From: Macrostomum lignano
Taxonomy: Eukaryota
Assembly (NCBI GenBank): GCA_002269645.1
Contig: NIVC01001900.1
Location: forward strand, 124,001-188,000
DNA length: 64,000 bases
Direction: 5' to 3'
Shown here: one piece after another, positions 1-11,632 of the stretch
How the letters are laid out: each line of letters begins with the position of its first letter
How positions within the stretch are numbered: position 1 is the first letter of the stretch
Program-made: the position numbers and the translations under genes
Notes under the pieces: generated by a model
Databases searched by the model: none
The model's input: the letters and a program-made list of their open reading frames with translations, nothing else
Told to the model about the DNA's origin: nothing

Positions 1-46
1 CAACAGTTTTACCATAGACTGTACGTTCTCTTGATACTGTTCCCAG

Positions 47-177
47 TGACTACAGTGAGTCTTGATAGTGTTCACAGTGACTGTAGTGAGTCTTGATAGT
101 GTTTACAGTGACTATAGCGAGTCTTGATAGTGTTCACAGTGACTATAGTGAGTGACTATAGTGAGTCTTGATAGTGT
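47..177. repeat. 31-bp minisatellite (agtgactatagtgagtcttgatagtgttcac), about 4 degenerate copies
   Basis: Visible 31-bp periodicity; same array at 10650-10812 within a duplicated upstream block. Confidence 0.85.
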
Positions 178-737
178 AAGTCTCACATCTCTCAGCCCTC
201 ATCGCACCTTCTCTCTCCCCACTCATTTCTCAGCCAGCAGTCTCCATTGTTACTGCAGGCCGCCCTGCACACGCGAGCTTCATCGCACAGCTGCTGGCAA
301 AGTACACCAGACCGCAGGCTGCACACACAGAAACGGAATGAGAGGCGCAGAGACTGCACAGCACAGCTGAGTGCAGCAGGAGTTGCCAGCCAGACCAACT
401 CGGTCTCCAATGCACATTCCAACATCGAATAGCGAGAAATTCGAATTTCGCACCGCTGCACAGACAAACAAAGTTAAATTAATAATAATCTGCAATAGAA
501 AACTCACCCAAAACAGGTATCTGTGTGTGCTCAGTATTTTCTCAGACTGAGCATTCTTGCAGCTGCAGAGATGCAATTCTGTGACCTGCGATACTGGCAC
601 CGATTCAAAGTGTGTGGCCCACTGGATTTGCAGAGCTCAGCAGCCTTGCACTGGCAGCAGAGGATACTCAGCCAAGAATTCCTTGACCAGCACTGAACTC
701 CCTGACTCGAAATCTGACTGCATTTCGCATTTGACAG

Positions 738-929
738 GTGAGTCTGTTTGGAATGAGGCTGGAAATGCCTTGAAATCTGCGTTGCTGATCCCACTGTGCA
801 TTGAGCACTTCTGCCTTCTGCTCCCTCTGTTCTCCCTCTGTTCTCCCTCTCTTCCCTCTCTTCTCACTCTCTTCACCCTCTATTCTCTATCTGTCACTAC
901 GTTAGTTTTTAACTTAATCTACATTTCAG
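738..929 (+). other. Predicted 5'-UTR intron of G1
   Basis: CAG|GTGAGT donor at 738, long CT-rich tract, TTTCAG| acceptor ending at 929, 21 nt before the ATG; same arrangement at 11391-11611 for G2. Confidence 0.6.
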
Positions 930-950
930 CGCATCACAGACTATGCAACA

Positions 951-2621
951 ATGAGCCTTGGACACTCCAGCGACAGCTCGAGTTCGGACGCGACTCCCGC
1001 TTCCCCAACTCCTCTCTGCATCATCTGCGACCAAGCTGTAGTCGGTGTGGCTCCGTTCTCCCGCTGCCACATGTGCAGTCAACACCTCAGTGTCGATGTG
1101 GCCAATCTATTCAAGCTCAAGGAGGAGGTCGAAGAGCTGCTGCGTGCCTACTCACAAGAGTCACAAGAGTCACAAGAGTCACGAGACTCACAAGAGTCAC
1201 AAGGCGCAGCAGGTGCAGCTGGCCGTGCAGCGCTGATGCGACACCGACAAGACGCTGAGTCGCTGCGTCGTCTCGCTCTCGACATCCAACAGCAGCTGCA
1301 AGAGGTCAATCAAAAATTCGATTTGGTACAGCAACACATCGACTCGTTTCGTAGCAGGGTGACGGGCCAGCTCTCAGGTGTGCTTGAGGCAGTGCGTGTG
1401 TGCGAGCGGGACCTCGAGGACGTCTCCAGCTACAAGCAGGAGGTGGCCACGGCGGAGGCTGCAGGCGACATGGCGGAGCTGCTTCGCCTGGTCCAGTCCA
1501 TGCACGAATCGCTTGGAGACTTGGAGGCCGACTTTGAGAGGTCAGAGCGGCTGCTCAGAGACCAGAGCGACAATGAGGAGCTGCAGGTGCGGCTTCTGGG
1601 CCAGCTCGAGCGGCTGGTCGGCATTTGTGCGGGACGCAGTGAAGAGGGCGACTGGTTGAGAGACGCTGCGGTGACCGCGACATCCGAGGAGATAGACGCT
1701 GCTGAGAAAGAGAGACTGCTGTTCGATCCGATGGTCTTCAGTCACGAGGTGAAGCTGTATGTCCTTGTTCAATGGTTGGCTGTGTGCAGCGACACCAGCG
1801 GATTTGTTTGTGACCGCTCAGGCCGTGTGGTTCCCGCCGATTCAGCGGGAGACCGCAGAAAACCTCTGCCTCAGCCCTGCATCTTTGCATCATTCTATTC
1901 CAACAATAACCACCTACTGGTGCTGTCTGTGGACGGCTCACAGAAGCTGCGGTGCCACTGCGACATTGACTGGAAGAATTTAATCTGGGGCCTTCACTGC
2001 GACCGTCAGCTGCTGTTCATTGCTCAGTGTGACGCAGTGACAGTGACGGACCTGAGCGGTCGCGCAGTTCGTCGAGTCCGCCCACACATCGAGGGCTTCG
2101 GTGACATCTGTGGAATCGGCGGCAACGCAGCCTCCGTGTTTGTGTCCAGTGGAAACAAAATTGCTGCATTCAGCAAAGCGACTTGGCGGATGGAGACGGT
2201 CATCACGCTGTCTCAGCTTCCTCATGCTGATCTGTGCAGCCTGAAAATTCATGATAACTGCATTCTGGTGACAGACTGGGGGCACAATCAGGTGCACAGA
2301 GTGCGCATCGACACCCAGCAGCTGGTCGCCTCCTTCCCGACTCAGCGTTCCGGCCTCCAACAGTTTGCTGGTCCAAGGGATGTGGCCGTCGACAGCAGAG
2401 GCCGCCTGTTCGTGAGTGAATTTTTGGGTCACTCAGTGCGAGCGGTGGCTGCAGACGACGGGTCGCTGCTGTGGACTCTGGGGACTCCGGGCGAGAGCGG
2501 CAGCGGAGACGGTAGATTTAGGTATCCAAAGTGTCTTGCGGTGGTCACGGGAGGTCCGCGCGAGCAGCTGGTGGTGGCTGACAGTTTTAATAGCAGACTG
2601 CAGGTGTTCAGTGCATCCTAA
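951..2621 (+). CDS. G1: RING-less TRIM-NHL-like protein (B-box-like Cys/His motif, coiled coil, NHL propeller), 556 aa
   Basis: CIIC-x12-CHMC-x2-H motif; heptad-rich coiled coil; C-terminal NHL consensus repeats (FAGPRDVAVDSRGRLFVSE; FRYPKCLAV...VADSFNSRLQVF); AATAAA at 2638-2643. Confidence 0.9.
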   Translation: MSLGHSSDSSSSDATPASPTPLCIICDQAVVGVAPFSRCHMCSQHLSVDVANLFKLKEEVEELLRAYSQESQESQESRDSQESQGAAGAAGRAALMRHRQDAESLRRLALDIQQQLQEVNQKFDLVQQHIDSFRSRVTGQLSGVLEAVRVCERDLEDVSSYKQEVATAEAAGDMAELLRLVQSMHESLGDLEADFERSERLLRDQSDNEELQVRLLGQLERLVGICAGRSEEGDWLRDAAVTATSEEIDAAEKERLLFDPMVFSHEVKLYVLVQWLAVCSDTSGFVCDRSGRVVPADSAGDRRKPLPQPCIFASFYSNNNHLLVLSVDGSQKLRCHCDIDWKNLIWGLHCDRQLLFIAQCDAVTVTDLSGRAVRRVRPHIEGFGDICGIGGNAASVFVSSGNKIAAFSKATWRMETVITLSQLPHADLCSLKIHDNCILVTDWGHNQVHRVRIDTQQLVASFPTQRSGLQQFAGPRDVAVDSRGRLFVSEFLGHSVRAVAADDGSLLWTLGTPGESGSGDGRFRYPKCLAVVTGGPREQLVVADSFNSRLQVFSAS

Positions 2622-3407
2622 TTTTATTCACAGGCCGAATAAAAATCGAACTGCAGGGTTTCTGGAGTGACTGATTTGTTGGAGGCCGGGTTTTTGTTGA
2701 ATTTTTTATTACTATGGAATAATTACCATGTGATTAACTTCTTTGTCTGATAATTGTTTATCATGGCCAGTGTATTCAGAATTGATATTTAATTGAATAG
2801 AAACACACTAAACATTTTGCATGCATTCAGTAATTATATTAAAGTAACGTTTGCCCTCAACACTTCTCTCATTGTTTTTCTTTTTCTGGTAGTTTCAGCA
2901 CCAGAAATTGGGACTGCACTGTTGAATTGAATTTCAGCAAACACATTTGGTTCCTGTGCAACTTTTCCTGGAAATTTCTTATCATGCTGTGCCGAATTAA
3001 ACTCCAACTTTTGATTCTCAAGCCGTTCATTTCTCAGTTTGCATCTGATGCAATTTCTCTTTTAACCACTTCAACTGAATTCAAAATGATTTTTTCTCCT
3101 AAACTATATTCAGTCGTAAAATTTGTTTAGCAAATAATTATTTGGAGGTCAAGAATGAGTCGAGTCGAACCCGGGTCAGTTCGGAGAAATGGATCGCCAC
3201 AAGTCACGTGACAATTCAATTGATGGGAACTGCTTAAGGAGATCGGGGCCACAATTGCTGATTCAGAACAAAATAACGGAGGTTGGGGTGGGCGAAAAAG
3301 GAGTGGGTGGGTGCAAGTGGTGAGTCATCGCTAATTCATTGAAAATTAGTGAGTGGCTGCCAAAAGCCGCTGCTGCATCAGAAGCTGAGGGACTTTAACT
3401 GACGTCA

Positions 3408-3711
3408 TGCTGCATAGCGACTGCGGCATGATTGCCAATCAGACATGCTGCATAGCGACTGCGGCATGATTGCCAATCAGACATGCTGCTTAGCGACTGC
3501 GGCATGGTTGCCAATCAAACATGCTGCATAGCGACTGCGGCATGGTTGCCAATCAGACATGCTGCATAGCGACTGCGGCATGATTGCCAATCAGACATGC
3601 TGCATAGCGACTGCGGCATGATTGCCAATCAGACATGCTGCATAGCGACTGTGGCATGATTGCCAATCAGACATGCTGCATAGCAACTGCGGTATGATTG
3701 CCAATCAGACA
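3408..3711. repeat. 38-bp minisatellite (tgctgcatagcgactgcggcatgattgccaatcagaca) x8
   Basis: 304 bp = 8 x 38; near-identical units, no spacers. Confidence 0.95.
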
Positions 3712-3890
3712 TGACAGCAGCTGATTGATCGAATTGCTCACAGAATTCATGCCTGCTGCTCTCAGTGACCAGAGAGCTCACAGAATTCATTCCAAGCAAA
3801 AGCAAAAAGCAAAAGCAAGTAAGCAAAAGACAAAATCTTGTTCTTATTGAGTGATGCAGAATGGAGAACTGAAGCTGAACGAGAAGAATG

Positions 3891-4188
3891 TGTTGGGGTT
3901 GTGCTTTGGTTTTTCATGTTGTTTCACTTGTCTCTCTCTCTCTCTCTCTCTCTCTCTCCCGTGACTGATCATTCTTGCGCGCTATCGTTTTACCCCTACC
4001 TGTGTACATTTGTGCTTGCCAGTGTGCATGGTTTTAACCCACAGCCAATCGGATGGCGTTTGTCTACTAATGTACGTGGTTTCGTGTTATGTAGTCAAAT
4101 AAATACTTTCGTCACTTCGGTAGAGATCTTTCAATGGTATTCTCCTTCGCTTGCAAACATGACTTGACTCAGTTTTCCTAGACCAACA
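3891..4188 (+). repeat. 5' LTR of element 1 (298 bp)
   Basis: TG...CA termini; matches 8083-8376 apart from (CT)n length. Confidence 0.95.
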
Positions 4189-4191
4189 TTT

Positions 4192-4209
4192 TGGCGTCGC
4201 GAGCAGGAT
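4192..4209 (+). promoter_or_regulatory. Primer-binding site TGGCGTCGCGAGCAGGAT (probably tRNA-Ser type)
   Basis: Starts TGG 3 nt after the LTR; complement ends ...GCCA and resembles tRNA-Ser 3' ends. The tRNA assignment is inference. Confidence 0.75.
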
Positions 4210-4210
4210 C

Positions 4211-7200
4211 ATGAGCATCAAATTGAGAGAGACGCTGCCGTTGAGCAATATAGATGAGCTTCGCGCCTGGGTTGAAGTATTTGACGCCCAGGCCAGATCC
4301 AAAGGAGTCGAAGATACCGACGAGAGACGAGCGCTGACCGACGCTTTCATGGGCTGCCTCGGGGTCGCTGAGCTCATAAAAGTCAAGCAGCTGGTTGCTC
4401 CAAAAACCCCGTCTGCGATGAAATGGTCTGAAATCAAGCAATGCCTACTGGCGTTTGTGGAGCCCAAGAAGAAACTGCAGATCGCTGAGAGGACAGCCTT
4501 CATGTCTATGCGCCAGGCCGAAGGCGAAACCGTCACCAGCTATGCCGCTCGTCTCAGGGAGCAAGCCGTCGTATGCGAGTTCGAGAGCCTGATAAAGGAA
4601 GGAGCGGACCCCGCCGAAGCGCTCATCAAGATGCGGCTCATTGCCGGTCTGGCCAACTCGAACATCAGGAACAAGGTGCTCGAGCGTGAAGTTACTCAAG
4701 AACTGACGGTCGATCAGGTCACAGAATATGTTCAGCAGCTGCTGATGGTCAGCAACTTTTCAGCTGGGTCCCAGGCTGCTGCTCACTCGACTCTCGTGGA
4801 TTCGGTGGTGCACCAGGCTAGGTCGCTGTCGACCGCGGGTCTGACTACGGCTGATGAAGCTCACTGCCATCCGGATAGCTCCGGCTCTGTCAACGTTAAT
4901 TCGGTTATGAGGCAGAAGCAGAACTTCGGACACCAGCGCTGTCAGCGTTGCGGGTTGAGATCGCACCAGAAGCCCGCTGACTGCCGAGCCCTGAGAGCCA
5001 CCTGCAATCAATGTGGAAAGCCTGGCCACTTTGCCCGTGTGTGCCGCGGTGCCAGGACCCACTTCGCTGCCCCAGCTGAAGCAGTCGGCACTCAGCTGAG
5101 TCCAGAAGACTCCTATCGTGATGAGCCCGTTTTCTACTGTGGAGAAGGAAAGCCTGCCGAGTTCTGCACTGTGAAAATCAATCACAGAGAAGTACTGATG
5201 GAGAAGGACAGCGGTGCCTCCTGCTCGTTAATCTCACGAAGGATCTGGAATGAGCTCGGAAGGCCCCCGCTGAAGTCGGCGAAGTCGCGCATGCTGGCGT
5301 ATGACGGACACGTTATGAGACAGATGGGCGTTCTGGAATGCCTGGTGGAGACCACTGGCAACATCGGCCGCTTCAAGGCGGCAGAGCTGCCCGTCATCGA
5401 CTGCCAACAGGAGTTTGGGCTGCTCGGCCGGAATCTGCTGGTCCTCGCACCGGTGCACCATGCCAGTTCTGATGAGTCAGCCGCCAGCAACAGGTATGAG
5501 AGCTTGTTGGGAATATCTGGTGTTACGGGAGAAATCCGTCTTTGTGCTGGAGCTAGGCCAATTTTCCAGGCAGCCAGAGAACTGCCCTTAGCGCTGAAGC
5601 ACTTGGTTAAGAAGGAGCTGGACCTGATGGAAAGTGCTGGAATCGTTGAGAAGGTGATGTCGTCGGAATGGGGCAGTCCAATTGTGGTGACGGTGAAATC
5701 AGATCGGGCATCCGTGAGAATTTGTGGAGATTATTCGGCTGTTAATCGGTTGGTTCAAGACCAGACCTTCCTCACTCCCTCGATTGAGACAGCCTTTTCG
5801 AAAATGGCCAACAAGAAGCTGTTCTGTCGGTTGGACCTATCGGATGCGTACTATCAGGTTCCCCTGGATGAGGAATCGAAAGCGGTGACCACCATAAACA
5901 CTCCGTTTGGTTGCTACAGGTTTAACCGGTTGCCGTATGGCATTAAGGTGTCGCCATCTGTTTTTCAACGTGTGATGGAAAAGCTCCTGGGAGACCATCC
6001 ATGTGTCATAGTATATCAGGACGATGTGCTGATCGGTGCTGCGAGCCGGGCAGAGTTGCAGAAAATTAGGGAGCAGGTGCTCAACAAGTTAAAGGCCGCA
6101 AATGTCAAGATCAACGAGGCGAAGTGCGTGATGGAAGCCAACAGCCTGAAGTTTCTTGGTCACATTATTGATGATGAAGGAATAAAACCCGATCCGGGCA
6201 TGGTGAAACGTGTGATGGATGTCGAGGTGCCGAAGACCAAGAAAGATTTGGAGAGATTTCTAGGACTGGCTCAATTTTATGGACGGCTGGTTCCAAACTT
6301 TTCTGAGAAATGTCGGCCTCTTCAGGAGCTTCGCCGCGGTGACCGGGTCTTTGAATGGAACGCGGTGGCTGAGGCGGCATTTTCGGAGGTCAAAAGGAGT
6401 CTGGCCTCAAACCCGTGCATCAAGCCGTTTGATGTTTCCGCGCCTGTCTGTCTTCGAGTTGATGCGAGCGAGAAGTCCTTGGGCGCGGTGCTGGTCCAGT
6501 CTGGACATCCCGTCATGTTCATGTCCAGGGCGCTCACACAGCAGAAACCAACTACTCAAACATCGAGAGAGAAGCGCTGGCTATTGTTTGGGCGGTTGAA
6601 CGAGCTCGGAAAATGTTGCTAGGGAAGAAATTCATTCTGCAGACCGATCACGAGCCTTTGAAGTTTATTCTGAATCCTTGCAAGAATCTTCCAAAGACTG
6701 TTTCTGCCAGACTAACCCGGTGGGCTCTGCGGCTATCGGCTTATGATTACGAGATTGAATATGTGCCGGGAAAGAAGATGCAGGATGCTGACGCTCTATC
6801 AAGGCTGAGCTTTGAAAACCTCGATCCTGAGACGGAGTCTGTTCATCAGACTGAGTTGATCACTGACGGAGGCTTGGTTACCGTGGAGGAGCTGAGAGAA
6901 AGTACTTCCCGGTGTTCACTGCTTCAAAGACTCCAGCAGAGAATCAGGACAGGCCGGTGGGGTCAGGTCTCTCAGCTGGAGCGGCCGTACAAAGCGTGTC
7001 GGGAAGCGTTGTCTGTGGAGAACGGGCTGGTCATCCACGGTACCAGGGTGGTGCCTCCGACCATTCTCCGGCGGCGCATTTTGGAGACCGCGCATGATGA
7101 GGTGCACCCGAGCGCGGAAAATACGAAGGCCCATGTGTCTAAGGAGTTCTGGTGGCCTGGACGGGATCGCGATGTCCGTCAGTTTGTTGAGCGGTGTCAA

Positions 7201-8029
7201 CTGTGCGCTGAAAGACGGCCGGTGGTTCAGCGGAAAATTGACATCTGGCCATCCGAGAGCGAGCCGTGGTCCCGGGTCCACATGGACCACTGTGAGGTGC
7301 CAGGAGTGGGCTTGCTACTGTTGCTGTCTGATGCATACTCGGGATGGCCAGAAGCTAGTGTCGGATAATGCGCCTGAGTTCAGGTCGGAAAGAGTCTCGC
7401 AGTGGCTGAACAGTGTCGGCTGCCAGGAGATGCACACCCCACCGTACCATCCGGCATCGAACGGGCAGGCTGAGCGGTTGGTGAGGAGTCTCAAAGGCGG
7501 GCTGAAGACGTGGACGAAAGTTGTGCCATTTGACCAGTTCCTGCAGAAATTGCTCCTAACCATTCGCACCAGCAGGCCTAGCGGGAATCGTTCCAGCTCG
7601 CCGGACATTCTCATGTGGAGACGCCGGCTGCGCCATCCGCTGACGATGACCGAGCAGGTGGGTGACTCCATCTGGCTGAGGGCTCGGCCTGGCACGGCTC
7701 CGGTTCCGGCCAAGTTCATCGTGCAGCACGGCCGGAACACAGCTCTGGTGACCTCAGCTGACCTACCAGACGGTGGACTGCGGATGGCGCACGCAAACCA
7801 ATGGAGCTGCCGCCCGGAGGCGGAGGCCGATCGGCGGCTGACCGAGGCGGCTGGATCCGAGGATCAGGCTGGGCTATCGATTCCGGGTGCCAAGGCTGGC
7901 TCTGACTCGGAGCTGCGTGAACCTGAGGTGACTGACTGTGACTCCCCGCTGAGTTCTGGAGATGAGACTCTCCAGCCCCAAAGCTCGTATGATTTGCGGC
8001 CTCGTAAACCTGTTTGTTATAAGGTCTAA
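4211..8029 (+). pseudogene. gag-pol: gag-pol of element 1, interrupted (frameshift about 6540; deletion/frameshift about 7350)
   Basis: Tandem Zn knuckles (CQRC..H..C, CNQCGKPGHFARVC), protease DSGA, RT YQDD, RNase H VDASEK...TDHEPL, integrase H-H-C-C, D (HMDH), D (SDNA), E (QAERLV); split over ORFs 4211-6622, 6613-7368 and 7094-8029. Confidence 0.92.
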
Positions 8030-8082
8030 GGACAGGTCTTGGTTTCTTTTGTTTTTTGTTTTTCTGCTTTTGGGGGGAGCAG

Positions 8083-8376
8083 TGTTGGGGTTGTGCTTTG
8101 GTTTTTCATGTTGTTTCACTTGTCTCTCTCTCTCTCTCTCTCTCTCCCGTGACTGATCATTCTTGCGCGCTATCGTTTTACCCCTACCTGTGTACATTTG
8201 TGCTTGCCAGTGTGCATGGTTTTAACCCACAGCCAATCGGATGGCGTTTGTCTACTAATGTACGTGGTTTCGTGTTATGTAGTCAAATAAATACTTTCGT
8301 CACTTCGGTAGAGATCTTTCAATGGTATTCTCCTTCGCTTGCAAACATGACTTGACTCAGTTTTCCTAGACCAACA
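8083..8376 (+). repeat. 3' LTR of element 1 (294 bp)
   Basis: Direct repeat of 3891-4188, preceded by purine tract GGGGGGAGCAG. Confidence 0.95.
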
Positions 8377-8380
8377 GAAT

Positions 8381-8660
8381 GGCACCGAGGACTGGCAGGA
8401 GGGGGGCGGCACTGAGGACTGGCAGGAGGGGCGGCACTGAGGACTGGGAGGAGGGGAGGCACTGAGGACTGGGAGGAGGGGAGGCACTGAGGACTGGGAG
8501 GAGGGGCGGCACTGAGGACTGGGAGGAGGGGCGGCACTGAGGACTGGGAGGAGGGGCGGCACTGAGGACTGGGAGGAGGGGCGGCACTGAGGACTGGGAG
8601 GAGGGGGAGGCACTGAGGACTGGGAGGAGGGGCGGCACTGAGGACTGGGAGGAGGGGCGG
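8381..8660. repeat. 25-bp G-rich minisatellite (ggcactgaggactgggaggaggggc), about 11 copies
   Basis: Visible periodicity; paralogous array at 21538-21924. Confidence 0.9.
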
Positions 8661-10227
8661 CTCACCCCCAGCTCACAAGTGCTGCAAATTTGACTGTGTG
8701 AACATTCGATCCCGGCTGAGCAACTCAACAATACAAAATGCTCGCTTCTGCTCTGCTCAGTGCAGATTCGGTCAATGTTTACTGAAGTTTCTGCAAAAAT
8801 AAAAATTACTGCTGTCATAGTTTGAATTTGTCTGAACTCAGCCAATTTATTATTTGGTAAGTTTGCCAAAAGTTTTGAACTTCCGGCAAGACAGACAGGA
8901 TGCAAAGAACACAAATGAATGGTATGAAAGTGCAACTCATCTCTGAATCATCTGTCATATTCATTCCCAGCTGTGCACCCCATGCGTGGGTCATTGTGCA
9001 TTCTGACAGCCTGACATTCACTGCCACTGGGGCACTGAATTCCAATGAACAAATTCTCATCAGCTGTTGCTGTGAAGAATTCGCACCTGGTAGGTGATTT
9101 GATTCGCTTGGCTGTCTACTTTCTCTCTCTACTTCTCTGCCTACCATCTGACCCTGAGCACACGTTGGTGGTGAGTTCTCGCCACCGATTTCCAGCTCAC
9201 TAAACTGCGAGTCACTTTTGTGTGCGACTGCAGTCTCAGTGCTGAGTTGCCTCTGTGACTGACAGTTGGGGCCTGGATCCACTTGAGACAGCTGGTTTCT
9301 TAGAAATTATTTGAAGGCCTGCCTTGTGTAAAAATATGCATATGAAAAATGCATCCACATATAGCTTTGCATGCGACTGCAGAATCAAATGCTTGTGTTG
9401 AACGCAGTTTTTGTAGTGAAATTAAACCCAATTAAATATGTACACCATTAAATCATAAAGCTGCTTATAAATGACTGATAAACCCGAAAGTTTATCTGCT
9501 TCTATAAAAAGATTTTGATGACCCTCAAATCAATAGTTTTCCTCATTTCCGCTCTTCATTTTTCACTCATAGCCAGCCTTCAAATATTTTCTAGGAAACA
9601 CACGCAATGATTTCCCGTCCATATACTTTTAGTCGTCCTTGGTCCCACTGCAAGTCTGCGGGGTGACAAATTCCAGTCAGGTGACGAACTCAGGTGAGTC
9701 TGGCATGCAGCAAACACTGAATGCAGAGTTCAAGCAAGGACCACTAGAAATTAGCTATAGAAGGCCAGTGTAATGGGCATACAGGCCTAAGAAGAAAAGT
9801 ATAAGCTGTTTATGGCAAGTTGGGATGCAATGCAAAAATAAAAATATTGATTAGTGCATTTAAAATAATATATAATGCAGCTAGTAGCAGAAAGAAACGA
9901 GAAACTGCTTGTTTTTGCTTCATTTTTGCACGATCAAAATGCGCGTGCTATGCTGTAACAGGCCTTTTAAACTTCGACGAGTGTTACGTCCTTGTAGTCT
10001 AGAAGTCCTTGCATATTTCTTAGGCATCGCCAGTCCATTTAGCACTCTGGAAAAACGGTGTTTCAGTGCTTTAAATTGCTCGAAAAAAGACCATTGTGGT
10101 TATGAAGGTCTTCTTCTGCAGCCAACGCGCGGCAGACAAATTCAGTTTAAAAAACCAAACTTTTTGAGAACATGTACTGAGAATATTAATTAAAAAATTA
10201 TAAACATGTTTAACGTGGCCAATCCTT

Positions 10228-10544
10228 CTGTGTGACACCGAGTGACTGTGTGACACCCCGTGACTGTGTGACACTCCGTGACTGTGTGACACTCCGTGAC
10301 TGTGTGACACCGAGTGACTGTGTGACACTCCGTGACTGTGTGACACTGAGTGACTGTGTGACACTGAGTGACTGTGTGACACCGAGTGACTGTGTGACAC
10401 TGAGTGACTGTGGGACACCGAGTGACTGTGTGACACCGAGTGACTGTGTGACACTGAGTGACTGTGTGACACCGAGTGACTGTGTGACACTCCGTGACTG
10501 TGTGACACTGAGTGACTGTGTGACACTCCGTGACTGTGACACCG
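10228..10544. repeat. 18-bp minisatellite (gtgactgtgtgacaccga/ctcc), about 17 copies
   Basis: Visible periodicity; explains the overlapping SHSHSV/VTQCHT ORFs. Confidence 0.9.
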
Positions 10545-10649
10545 ATCGAGGTTCCCGATCGACGCCTTGTCGTTAACAGCGCCAAGTAGGATTGAAAGTC
10601 TGGCACAACAGTTTTACCATAGATTGTACGTTCTCTTGATACTGTTCCC

Positions 10650-10812
10650 AGTGACTATAGTGAGTCTTGATAGTGTTCACAGTGACTATAGTGAGTCTTG
10701 ATAGTGTTCACAGTGACTATAGTGAGTCTTCATAGTGTTCACAGTGACTATAGTGAGTCTTCATAGTGTTCACAGTGACTATAGTGAGTCTTCATAGTGT
10801 TCACAGTGACTA
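10650..10812. repeat. 31-bp minisatellite, about 5 copies
   Basis: Same unit as 47-177. Confidence 0.88.
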
Positions 10813-11390
10813 GTGGTTCTTGATAGTGTAAGTCTCACAGCTCTCTGCCCTCATCGCACCTTCTCTCTCCCCACTCATTTCTCAGCCAGCAGTCTCCATT
10901 GTTACTGCAGGCCGCTCTGCACACGCGAGCTTCATCGCACAGCTGCTGGCAAAGTACACCAGACCGCAGGCTGCACACACAGAAACGGAATGAGAGGCGC
11001 AGAGACTGCAGAGCTCAGCTGAGTGCAGCAGGAGTTGCCAGCCAGACCAACTCGGTCTCCGATGCACATTTCCAACATCGAATAGCGAGAAATTCGAATT
11101 TCGCACCGCTGCACAGACAAACAAAGTTAAATTAATAATAATCTGCAATAGAAAACTCACCCACAACAGGTACCTGTGTGTGCTCAGTAATTTCTCAGAC
11201 TGAGCATTCTTGCAGCTGCAGAGATGCAATTCTGTGACCTGCGATACTGGCACCGATTCAAAGTGTGTGGCCCACTGGATTTGCAGAGCTCAGCAGCCTT
11301 GCACTGGCAGCAGAGGATATTCAGCCAAGAATTCCTTGACCAGCACTGAACTCCCTGACTCGAAATCTGACTGCACTTCGCATTTGACAG

Positions 11391-11611
11391 GTGAGTCGGA
11401 TTGGAATGAGGCTGGAAATGCCTTGAAATCTGCTTTGCTGATCCCACTGTGCATTGAGCACTTCTGCCTTCTGCTCCCTCTCTTCTCCCTCTCTTCTTCT
11501 CTCTCTTCTCCCTCTCTTCTCCCTCTCTTCTTCTCTCTCCTCTCTTCTCACTCTCTTTACCCTTTCTTCTCTCTGTCACTACGTTAGTTTTTAACTTCAT
11601 CTACATTTCAG
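11391..11611 (+). other. Predicted 5'-UTR intron of G2
   Basis: CAG|GTGAGT donor, CT-rich tract, TTTCAG acceptor 21 nt before the ATG. Confidence 0.6.
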
Positions 11612-11632
11612 CTCATCACAGACACTGCAACA

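Larger units (their letters stand above)
3891..8376 (+). mobile_element. Ty3/Gypsy (Mag-like) LTR retrotransposon 1, full length with direct LTRs
   Basis: Direct LTRs TGTTGG...CCAACA; 5-bp TSD GAATG (3886-3890, 8377-8381); PBS 4192-4209; PPT about 8072-8082; gag-PR-RT-RH-IN order. The empty site is seen in the paralogous block at about 21530. Confidence 0.97.

Noticed and set aside
1045-2432. Recurrent short alternate-frame and antisense ORFs over each NHL gene
   Set aside because: They recur only because the genes are duplicated, and their lengths vary freely between copies.
3408-3711. CRISPR array (38-bp palindromic repeats; also 21038, 32677, 54364)
   Set aside because: Units are contiguous with no unique spacers, there are no cas genes, and the context is eukaryotic.
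8275-10606. Low-complexity ORFs (PPPSPQC, SHSHSV, VTQCHT; likewise LLKL and EHISP elsewhere)
   Set aside because: Translations of minisatellites, with no independent coding evidence.
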